From an uncultured bacterium (lineage in GTDB: Bacteria; Krumholzibacteriota; Krumholzibacteriia; LZORAL124-64-63), in the NCBI GenBank assembly GCA_963727525.1, contig CAVSGO010000007.1, forward strand, positions 384,001 to 448,000: DNA of 64,000 nucleotides. The letters are read 5' to 3'. The position numbers and the translations under genes are program-made. The notes below the pieces were generated by a model. The model saw nothing but the letters and a program-made list of their open reading frames with translations, searched no databases and was not told where the DNA came from. Numbering within the stretch: the stretch's first letter is position 1; each line of letters begins with the position of its first letter. This document shows positions 51,216 through 61,300 of this stretch, one piece after another.

Positions 51216-53113
51216 CGAAAGACCAGGCGCGGGGGCCACAAACCGCTGACCACGCCCACGGGAAATCCCTCGACGAGGTCCACGGCACCGTGGGAACCCG
51301 CTATCCATCGATGTGGAAGCGGATGTTCGCGTTTGCCGGTCCGGCCTACCTGGTCAGCGTCGGCTACATGGATCCGGGGAACTGGGCCACCGACCTGGAA
51401 GGGGGCTCGCGCTTCGGCTATACGCTGATCTGGGTCATCCTGATGTCGAACCTGATGGCGGTGCTGCTGCAGACGCTATCGGCCAGGCTCGGCATCGTCA
51501 CCGGCAAGGATCTGGCCCAGGCGTGTCGGGCGGAGTACTCGAAGGCGGCGTCATTCGCGTTGTGGATCCTCTGCGAGATCGCGATCGCCGCCTGCGATCT
51601 GGCCGAAGTGCTCGGCACGATCCTGGGGTTGAACCTGCTGTTCGGCATTCCGCTCATGTGGGGCGCGGCGGTCACGCTCCTCGATACGTTCCTGCTGCTG
51701 GCGATTCAGCGTCTCGGTATCCGCAAGATGGAGGCGTTCATCCTGGGGCTGATCGGCATCATCGCGTGCGGATTCATCGTGAACCTGTTCCTGGCGAAAC
51801 CGGATTGGGGGGCTGCGGCTGCGGGGCTGGTACCGAAGCTGCCGAGCGGGGCGCTCTACATCGCCCTGGGTATCATTGGCGCGACGGTGATGCCGCATAA
51901 TCTGTATCTGCATTCGTCACTGGTGCAGACGCGCAAGGTGTCGCGCACGTTCGACTCGCGCAGCCAGGCCTGCCGCTTCAACCTGATCGATTCGGTGGTC
52001 GCACTGAATCTGGCCTTCTTCGTCAACGCGGCGATCCTCGTGCTGGCCGCCGCGGTGTTTCACCGTCATGGGATCGTCGTCACCGAGATCCAGCAAGCCC
52101 ACCACATGCTCGACCAGTTCCTGGGTTCCCGCGTGGCCCCGATCGCCTTCGGTGTCGCCTTGCTGGCGGCCGGCCAGAGCTCGACGCTCACGGGCACTCT
52201 GGCTGGCCAGATCGTCATGGAGGGCTTCATCCACGTGCGCTTGCGCCCCTGGTTGCGGCGCCTGGTGACACGTTCGATCGCCCTGGTGCCCGCGGTCATC
52301 GTGATCTCGGCATCCGGTGACCACGGCACGTACCTGCTGCTGATCCTCAGCCAGGTGATCCTGAGCCTGCAGCTCCCGTTCGCGATCGTGCCGCTGGTGC
52401 ATTTCACGAGCGACAAGGTCAAGATGGGGGCGTTCGCGAACCGGGCGTGGGTCAAGATCCTGGCCTGGATCACCTCGATCCTGATCATCGGGTTGAATGG
52501 CAAGCTGGTGTGGGATCAGATCGGTAGCTGGTCGGCCGAGGGTACACCGTCGGTGGTGTCCTTGCTGGTGACCGTGCTGGCGATCGGGATCGGGCTGTTC
52601 CTGCTCTACATCATCGTGCTGCCACTGTTACGCCGCAGCCGGCCATGGCCGGAAGTGCGCGGCGTCGACACGACCGGCATCATCGCGCGCATCGCGACCC
52701 GGCCGGCGAAACATATCGTGGCCGCGCTGGGGTTGGATGACGGTGACGCGACGGTGATCAGCCACGCGGTCACGCTGGCAAAGGCCGAGCACGCGCTGCT
52801 GACCCTGGTCCACGTGGTCGACTCCGCACCGTCCCAGGTCTACGGTAGCGACACCTACGACGAACATACCCGCGCCGATGAGCAGTACCTCTCCTGCATC
52901 GCCGAGGAACTGCGGGCGATGGGTGCCGTGGTGGAGATCGCACTGCCGCACGGCGATCCGGTCAAGGAGCTGGCGACCTTCGTCTCATCGCACGGAGTGG
53001 ATCTTCTTGTCATGGGGTCGCACGGACACCGTATGCTGGGCGACATCCTTCTGGGCCAGACCGTGGATCCGTTGCGCCATCGGGTGGAGATACCGGTGTT
53101 CGTCGTCCGGTAG
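51212..53113 (+). CDS. mntH: Nramp Mn2+/Fe2+ transporter with C-terminal universal stress protein domain
   Basis: GYMDPGNW, MPHNLYLHS, GQIVMEGF, SQVILSLQLPFA; C-terminal LVHV..GDP..DLLVMGSHG. Confidence 0.93.
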   Translation: MTKDQARGPQTADHAHGKSLDEVHGTVGTRYPSMWKRMFAFAGPAYLVSVGYMDPGNWATDLEGGSRFGYTLIWVILMSNLMAVLLQTLSARLGIVTGKDLAQACRAEYSKAASFALWILCEIAIAACDLAEVLGTILGLNLLFGIPLMWGAAVTLLDTFLLLAIQRLGIRKMEAFILGLIGIIACGFIVNLFLAKPDWGAAAAGLVPKLPSGALYIALGIIGATVMPHNLYLHSSLVQTRKVSRTFDSRSQACRFNLIDSVVALNLAFFVNAAILVLAAAVFHRHGIVVTEIQQAHHMLDQFLGSRVAPIAFGVALLAAGQSSTLTGTLAGQIVMEGFIHVRLRPWLRRLVTRSIALVPAVIVISASGDHGTYLLLILSQVILSLQLPFAIVPLVHFTSDKVKMGAFANRAWVKILAWITSILIIGLNGKLVWDQIGSWSAEGTPSVVSLLVTVLAIGIGLFLLYIIVLPLLRRSRPWPEVRGVDTTGIIARIATRPAKHIVAALGLDDGDATVISHAVTLAKAEHALLTLVHVVDSAPSQVYGSDTYDEHTRADEQYLSCIAEELRAMGAVVEIALPHGDPVKELATFVSSHGVDLLVMGSHGHRMLGDILLGQTVDPLRHRVEIPVFVVR

Positions 53114-53418
53114 AATGTCGCTGGCTGGTTCCGACACAGCGCCGGCTGGTTCGACGTGGTTCTCGCCCGGAGGTCCGGGTCGACCGTCGTTGCGACTGCA
53201 AGAGGTCGTGGCACGGGGCATCCGCGGCAGGAAGGCCGTCACGCGGATCGATGGGCAGCGTGACCCGCGGATCTCTCTCCGGGGAGGCTGCGCGACGAAT
53301 CGGCGTGGCGTGGCGAGTGTGAATGGGGTGGAGGCCCCGGCGTTCCGGTGTTAACCTGGCTTCGTCACGGCGGGGGGCCCGGTCAGGTCTCCCGCCTCGT
53401 GTCAGCCCGAGGACTTGC

Positions 53419-55359
53419 ATGGGATTGCCAGACCGGGAAGCCGTCCGTTCCACGGTGCGCCGCGACATCGCGATCGTCGTGGTCGTGGCGGTGGCGTTTC
53501 GCGCGCTCTATCTCGCGCTCTACCATGGCTCGCCGTTCTACCACGTCCCCGTCGTCGATGCCTCGACGTTTCGCCTCTGGGCGCAGGCGCTGCACGAGGG
53601 GCACGCTTTCATGCCGGGCGTCTACTTCAAACCGCCGCTCTATCCGTGGCTGCTGGCGGCTTTGATGGGCGTTGTCGGTGGCGCATTGACGCCGGTGTAC
53701 GTGCTGCAGGCGCTGGTCGGTGTTGCGACCTGTGTGTTCACGCTAGCGCTTGGCCGCCGCATCTTCACGCCGCGGGTCGCGCTCGAGGGCGCCGTGATCT
53801 GTGGCTTGCTGCCGGTGCTGCCGTTCCTCGAGTTCCAGCTCCTTGCCGAGTCGTGGACCACCGCGATGATGATGGCGGCGCTCGTCATGTTGCCGCCGCG
53901 GCCGTGGCCGCCGGGGCGGACGATCGCGGCGGGGCTGCTGCTCGGCGTGGCCGCGCTGGGGCGGCCCAATCTACTGCTCGTGCCGGCGTTCCTCGCGGTG
54001 GGGATGGCGTGGCCCTTCTCGGGACGCGGGCGGCTGGCACCGGCCATGGTCCTCGTGCTGGCGACGTGCGTGGGGATCGCTCCCGCGACTCTGCACAACC
54101 TCGCGCAGGGGCACGCGGTGCTGGTGAGCGCCAACGCTGGTGCGAATCTGTGGGCTGGCATCCGGCCGGGCGCCGATGGCACGTCGGCCATTCCCATCGG
54201 GATCCAGTGGGATGATCTCCAGCGGCAGAGTGCGCAGGCGGGGGCGCGCGATGCGGCGGACGCGAGCCGGTATCTCATCGGGCGAACGCTCCACGAGGCG
54301 GCGCAAAGGCCGCTACGCGCGCTGGGTTTGCTGGCGCGCAAGGCCTTGCTGCTCGTCAATGCACACGAGGGGCGCAACAACATCGGGCCCACGTACCTGG
54401 CGCGTCACGAGGGCGTGGTGGTGCTGCGCCGCTGGTGGCCGGGATTCTGGCTCGTGGCGCCGTTCGCGCTGCTGGGCCTCGTCACGCTTGCGCGACCGGC
54501 CTGGTTCGCCGCCGTGCGGCCGCCGGGCGCGGTGGCGCCGCTACTGCTCACGCTCGCGGCGCTGACGGCGTCGATCGTGCCGTTCTTCGTGAATGCTCGC
54601 TTCCGGCAGCCGTTGCTGCCGGTGCTGGCCTTGCTGGCGGCGTATGGCCTCGGGAACGTCCTCGCGGCACTGAGGGCAGGAGGCCGATCCGCAATACGCG
54701 CCGGTGCAGGATTGCTGGTGCTGGCGCTGGTCGTGAACGTCGACTGGTTCGGTGTCGGTCGCGCCGAGACGGGTGCGCGCGACGAACTGAACCTCGCCGG
54801 CATCCTGGCGAAGGGGTGGGCTGGTCACCCGGCCGATCCCGAAGCAGCGCTCGCGCGCTACGCCACGGCGGCCCGGCTCGATCCCGACGACCCGGATGCC
54901 TCCGAGCGCGAGGGGCTCGAGCGCCAGAGCCTGGCGATCGATCTGCTCCAGCGCGCCGAAAAGGCAGGTCAAACCGGCGCCGACGCGGGGCGCTTCGCCG
55001 CGGCCGCGGCCGACCAGCTCCACCAGGCGGTGGCGCTGCACCAGCGTGCGATCGCCCTGTTTCCGGACGCCTTCCGCAGCTACGGCGGCGTCGCCAGCAG
55101 CCGGTCGCTGCTGGGGCGCATCGCTGCGAGGCAGGTGGAGGGCGCCCTCGCGGCCGTCGATTCCACGGCGGCGCGGCAGGCCGCCGTGGTCGCCATCCAC
55201 GAGATGGAGGATGCGGTGGCGGCCTGGCAGGCCGCGTTGCGCCTGAAGCCGGATCTTCCGGGCGCGCATGAGAACCTCGCCGCATGTGTGCAACAGATCC
55301 GTGCGCTGCCGGCTCTCGACCCGGCGATCGCCGCGGCGCAGGCGAAGCTGGTCCGTTAA
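53419..55359 (+). CDS. GT-C membrane glycosyltransferase (ArnT/PMT-like) with C-terminal TPR-like repeats
   Basis: PVVDA, PPLYPWLLA, multiple TM helices, LGRPN, FFVNARFR; helical A.AL.P repeats at the C-terminus. Start uncertain. Confidence 0.75.
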   Translation: MGLPDREAVRSTVRRDIAIVVVVAVAFRALYLALYHGSPFYHVPVVDASTFRLWAQALHEGHAFMPGVYFKPPLYPWLLAALMGVVGGALTPVYVLQALVGVATCVFTLALGRRIFTPRVALEGAVICGLLPVLPFLEFQLLAESWTTAMMMAALVMLPPRPWPPGRTIAAGLLLGVAALGRPNLLLVPAFLAVGMAWPFSGRGRLAPAMVLVLATCVGIAPATLHNLAQGHAVLVSANAGANLWAGIRPGADGTSAIPIGIQWDDLQRQSAQAGARDAADASRYLIGRTLHEAAQRPLRALGLLARKALLLVNAHEGRNNIGPTYLARHEGVVVLRRWWPGFWLVAPFALLGLVTLARPAWFAAVRPPGAVAPLLLTLAALTASIVPFFVNARFRQPLLPVLALLAAYGLGNVLAALRAGGRSAIRAGAGLLVLALVVNVDWFGVGRAETGARDELNLAGILAKGWAGHPADPEAALARYATAARLDPDDPDASEREGLERQSLAIDLLQRAEKAGQTGADAGRFAAAAADQLHQAVALHQRAIALFPDAFRSYGGVASSRSLLGRIAARQVEGALAAVDSTAARQAAVVAIHEMEDAVAAWQAALRLKPDLPGAHENLAACVQQIRALPALDPAIAAAQAKLVR

Positions 55360-55474
55360 AACCGGCTTAATGCGTTGCATTTTCGGACGGATGCCTTAGG
55401 TTTGTGATCGCCGTTTTCATTTGATACGGCCGGATGCCTCCGGTCCCACGTCATCCGATGGGGAGATCCATACG

Positions 55475-56653
<1,179 letters not shown>

Positions 56654-56656
56654 GCC

Positions 56657-56938
56657 ATGGAGATGTTCGTGGCCGCATTGACGGTCTTCGTGCTCGCCGT
56701 ATTCGTGGGCATCGAGGTCATCACCAAGGTGCCGCCGACACTGCACACCCCGCTCATGTCGGGCTCGAACGCGATCAGCGGCATCACGATCGTCGGCGCC
56801 ATCCTCGTGAGCCATTCGAACAACCCGGTGCTCGCCAAATGGCTGGGACTGTTCGCGCTCATCTTCGCGTCCATCAACGTGGTCGGTGGCTTCCTCGTCA
56901 CGCACCGCATGCTGGATATGTTCAAGAAGAAGAAGTAA
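56657..56938 (+). CDS. pntA: NAD(P) transhydrogenase alpha subunit part 2
   Basis: LHTPLMSGSNAISG, NVVGGFLVTHRML. Confidence 0.95.
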   Translation: MEMFVAALTVFVLAVFVGIEVITKVPPTLHTPLMSGSNAISGITIVGAILVSHSNNPVLAKWLGLFALIFASINVVGGFLVTHRMLDMFKKKK

Positions 56939-56956
56939 GGCCCCGGGAGGACCGAC

Positions 56957-58342
56957 GTGAACCATCAGTTCTTGCTCCCCGAGGCCTGGATCAATCTGGC
57001 CTACCTCATCGCCGCGGTGCTGTTCATCTACGGCCTGAAGGGGTTGACGCATCCGCGCACCGCGGTGCGTGGGAACTTCCTCGGCGCCGTCGGCATGTTC
57101 ATCGCCATGGTGGCGACGGCCCTGGCCATGGGCCTCGACTACGCATACATCGTCATCGGCATCGTCGCCGGCGGTCTCATCGGCGGTGTGGCCGCGTACA
57201 AGGTGAAGATGACCTCCATGCCCGAGATGGTGGCTTTGTTCAACGGCTTCGGCGGTGCGGCCTCGATTCTCGTGGCCGGCGCGGCGTTCATGGCGATCGC
57301 GCAACCCGGCATGCAGACGACCATCGCCACGGGCCTGAGCGGTCTCATCGGCGGCGTCACCTTCTCCGGCAGCCTCATCGCCTTCCTCAAGCTCAACGAG
57401 ACGATCAAGAAGAACCTGTACTTCCCAGGCCAGCAGGCGCTCAATGCCTTGCTGCTCCTGGGTTCGCTGGCGCTCACGGGCTGGATGGTGGCCGGCGGCG
57501 GGATGATGCCGTACTGGGTGATCACGGCGTTGAGTCTGGCGCTGGGCGTGTTCCTGACCATGGGCATCGGCGGTGCCGACATGCCGGTGGTGATCGCCCT
57601 TCTGAACAGCTACTCCGGCCTCGCGGCGGCGGCCACGGGCTTCGTGCTGGGCAACGATCTGCTCATCATCGCGGGTTCGCTGGTCGGTGCCTCGGGCGTT
57701 ATCCTCACGAACATCATGTGCAAGGCCATGAACCGCAGCTTGCCGGCCGTGCTCTTCGGCAAGTTCGGCGGCGCCAGCGACGGTCCCAGCGCCGACGAGG
57801 TCTACGGCGGCAAGGTGAAGGCCACCAGTCCGGAGGAGGTGGCCATGCTGCTCGATGGCGTGCAACGCGTGGTCATCGTGCCGGGCTACGGCATGGCGGT
57901 GGCGCAGGCCCAGCATGTGGTGCGCGACTTCGGCAACCTCCTCGAGCAGCGCGGAGCCACGGTGGAGTACGCGATCCACCCCGTGGCCGGCCGCATGCCG
58001 GGCCACATGAACGTGCTCCTGGCCGAAGCTGACGTACCCTACGATCAGCTCATCGAGATGGACGACATCAACCCCACGATGGACCAGGTCGACGTGGCCA
58101 TCGTGATCGGCGCCAACGACGTGGTCAATCCGGTGGCGCGTACCGATCCCAGCAGCCCCATCGCGGGCATGCCGATCATCGACGTGGACAAGGCGCGTAC
58201 GGTGGTCGTCGTCAAGCGTTCGCTCAGTCCGGGCTTTGCGGGTATTCCCAACCCGCTCTTCGCCGCCGACAACACCCTGATGATGTTCGGAGACGGCAAG
58301 AAGGCCATGATGGAGCTGAACTCGGCGCTCAAGGAAAACTAG
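56957..58342 (+). CDS. pntB: NAD(P) transhydrogenase beta subunit
   Basis: MPEMVA, GGADMPVVI, PGYGMAVAQAQH, HPVAGRMPGHMNVLLAE, GANDVVNP. Confidence 0.97.
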   Translation: MNHQFLLPEAWINLAYLIAAVLFIYGLKGLTHPRTAVRGNFLGAVGMFIAMVATALAMGLDYAYIVIGIVAGGLIGGVAAYKVKMTSMPEMVALFNGFGGAASILVAGAAFMAIAQPGMQTTIATGLSGLIGGVTFSGSLIAFLKLNETIKKNLYFPGQQALNALLLLGSLALTGWMVAGGGMMPYWVITALSLALGVFLTMGIGGADMPVVIALLNSYSGLAAAATGFVLGNDLLIIAGSLVGASGVILTNIMCKAMNRSLPAVLFGKFGGASDGPSADEVYGGKVKATSPEEVAMLLDGVQRVVIVPGYGMAVAQAQHVVRDFGNLLEQRGATVEYAIHPVAGRMPGHMNVLLAEADVPYDQLIEMDDINPTMDQVDVAIVIGANDVVNPVARTDPSSPIAGMPIIDVDKARTVVVVKRSLSPGFAGIPNPLFAADNTLMMFGDGKKAMMELNSALKEN

Positions 58343-58354
58343 ACCCATTTCGGG

Positions 58355-58382
58355 GCCGGTGGCGGCGGAAGCCGCCGCCGGC
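58355..58382. terminator. GC-rich hairpin between convergent genes
   Basis: GCCGGTGGCGGC-GGAA-GCCGCCGCCGGC with a GNRA loop. Confidence 0.6.
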
Positions 58383-58389
58383 TCGCGCG

Positions 58390-61300
58390 TCAGCCGAGAT
58401 GCCGCACGAGGCCGCCCCACGCGCGGTCCACGTCGAACCCCTGCCGTCCGAAGAATTCAAGCAAGCTGAAGTGCGTGCGCACGAGGGTGTGCCCCTCCGC
58501 CGCCATGCGGCGGCAAAAGTCGTCGATGAGCGCGCGTGCCAGACCGCGACCGCGCAGCGTGCGCGTCACCACCACGCCCTCGAGATGGGGCTCGCTGCCG
58601 GTGTCGGGGCGGTAGACGATGCCGCCCACGAGCTGTTCGCGCGCGTCGAGCACGAGCAAGTGGTGGTCCTGCGCGCTGATCGAGAGCGGAAAACCCGAGA
58701 ACAGGAAGAGTCGGTACAGGCGTCCGATCTCTGCCGGCGTGCGCGGCTCGAGGCATTCGTAGGTGCTGCCGCGGTCGTCGGTGAGCGTGGTGCGCAGCAC
58801 CACGTGCCGGCGCTCACGATCGCCCACCGTGGTCACCTGCGGTTGCTGCTCCTCGGTGGCGTGCGGGAATGCGAGGCGACGGAACGCGAGGCGGTCGTCC
58901 GCATCGTCGAGGGCGTTCTGCAGATCCGACAGCTCCACCGTCTGCGCCGCGCGCAGCCCGGCCGACTGGAAGAGCCGCTTCTGCAGGCGCGCGAACGCGT
59001 GCGCCACTTCCGGACTCGCGTCGGCGAAGTAGGTGCGCCGGTACAGGGCATAGCGCGCCGGTTCGCCGAGGTCGGTGAGATGATAGAGGCGGGCAAGAGC
59101 CTCGAGCTGATCGACGCGGGCCGCCGGCGACGCATCCGGGTTGGCCGCATGCCAGGCGCCGTAGCGCGCGATCGCATTCTCCAGCGCCAGCGGTGGCCGG
59201 TACTGCTCGGCGAGTTGCGCGATGAAGGCGCCCACCGTCGCCGGGAAGTCGGGCCCCGCCTCGGGCAAACCCTCCTGGGCGAGGTCGCGCTCCAGCTCGA
59301 CGAGGAACGCTCTTGCGTCTGTTGGTCCCAGGGCCTCGGCCACGGCCTCGAGCACGAACGTGTCGCGGATGTGCTCGGCGCATCCGGGATAATGGTTGGC
59401 CGGTAGGTGCAGGAAATTCTTGAGCAAGGGGCGCACCAGGGAGAGGGGCCCGCGGTAGGGCTGCGACCCCGCGAGGTTGATCACGAGGCGGTCCTCGCGC
59501 CAGTCCGGGTCGGGCACGATCACGTTGGTGGGCATCACCGTGCCGGGGATGAGCCGGCGATTCCCGTGCAACCACGCGCGCAGCATCGTCGCGATGCCGG
59601 CCACGAGCAGATGGCGCCAGCCCGTGGCATCCAGCGGATGCGACGCGTCGGGCTGGGCATGCATCCTGATGCGATCCCACACGGCCAGCTCGCTCTCGAA
59701 GGCGAGCGACACGGCGCCCAGATCGGGCCTGATGTAGCCGAATCGCGGCACCACCGGATTACCCTGGGGATAGGCGCGCATCGCGATCATCCAGTAGAAC
59801 GTGCGCATGACCTCGAGATCGTGCAGATCGTCGCGGATGATCACCATCAGGTCGTAATGGCTGCCGCCCGCCAGGTTGATGCTCACGCGGTAGCGCGCCG
59901 AGAAGTGCTTGGACACCGTCCGGCTGATCCAGATGCCGCCGGCCGGGATGTCCTGGGGGTCGAGCGTCTCGCTGAACGCGAGCTGCACTGACCCTTGGAG
60001 GAATGTGGTGCCCACGATGACCCGCTGCAGACGCGCGATCTCGGCCTCGCCCAGGCCGTCCTGGTAGGCCAGCTTGCCGGACCAATCGCCGTCGTGCTGT
60101 CCCTTCGCGATCAGGGTGTGCTCGTACCAGGCACCCAGGTCCTGGAGATGGCGCAGGGCGCAGGCGGCCAGTTCGGGATCGCGGTCGAAGACGATCCAGC
60201 AGGCCAGCTCGCGGCGTACGGTGGAGTAGTACTCGATGTTCTCACGGCCGAATTCCGTGAGCAGGCGCAACAGATCGGCGAACACGGACCGTACGGCGGG
60301 CGTGGCGGGCCAGCTCAGCCATTCCCGGTAGCGGTGCAACCGCCGTCGGAGCGCGAGGAGCCGGCGCGACTCGAAGCTCGAGTGTGCGATCGTCGCGATG
60401 CTGTTCTCGCAGAGGAACGATTTGCCGGAGTAGATGAACGCCGGCAGATAGCGATCGTAGTCGGGTTCGGGCTGGTCGAGCAGCAACGCCAGATACGCCT
60501 GGCAACGCAGATCCTGGCGGGGGTGGTTCGCCATGGCCTCCAGCCGGCGGCGGATGACCGCGGCCTCGTGCGGCGGCGCCTGGGGCAGGCGGCCGACGAG
60601 GGTGGCGGCGGCCACGCGGGCGGAGGCCGGTTTGCCATAGAGGAGATCCCGGCAGAGCAGGTCGAGCTGGGCGAGGCGCGGGTCGAGATAGAGGGCGCGC
60701 GGCGCCACCTCGGTGTCGTCCGTGGTGCGTTCGGGAAGCAGCACCTGGTCGGACACCTCCTCGAGCCCATGATCCCAGCCGCCCTTGCATGGCAGGAATG
60801 TCGTCAGCGCCGGATTGCCGAGCCACAGCAGGGGCTGCTTTGCGAAGAGTCCCAGGTCGATGCGCGCTTCGCCGCCGGCGAGGTGATATTCCAGGTTGCC
60901 GATGCGCACCCAGCCCGTCCGCTGTCCACGCGCCAGCGGCAGGTGCACGCCGCGGCGCGTGTCGATGAGGCCGTCGTCGTCGACGCGGATCGTGTCCTCA
61001 AGCGCGGACAGGTCGCGTAACACCCACCGCGGCATGATCACCTCATGGCCCTGCCAGGTCAGCTCCCGCCGGTCGCTGCGATACAGATCCTCCACGACCG
61101 GTGCGAAGTTCCGCGTGATCTGCTTGCGCCGGTACGAGTCCTTGGGCGTCAGCTCGCCCTGTTCCGCGTCGAAGTCGCGATCGAGCAGCGCGAAGCCCAC
61201 GACGCGCTCGTATGGGGCCAGGTCGAGGTTGGCCTGGGTGATGAGGCGCTGGAAGTATTCGTGACGCTCGGTCGGCGCAAGCGCCTGCAGGATCGGATCG

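Noticed and set aside
55360-55425. Sigma54-like GG..TTGC and Rex/CRP-like TTGTGA upstream of pntA
   Set aside because: GG-GC spacing is 11 rather than 10, and the TTGTGA has no matching half-site.
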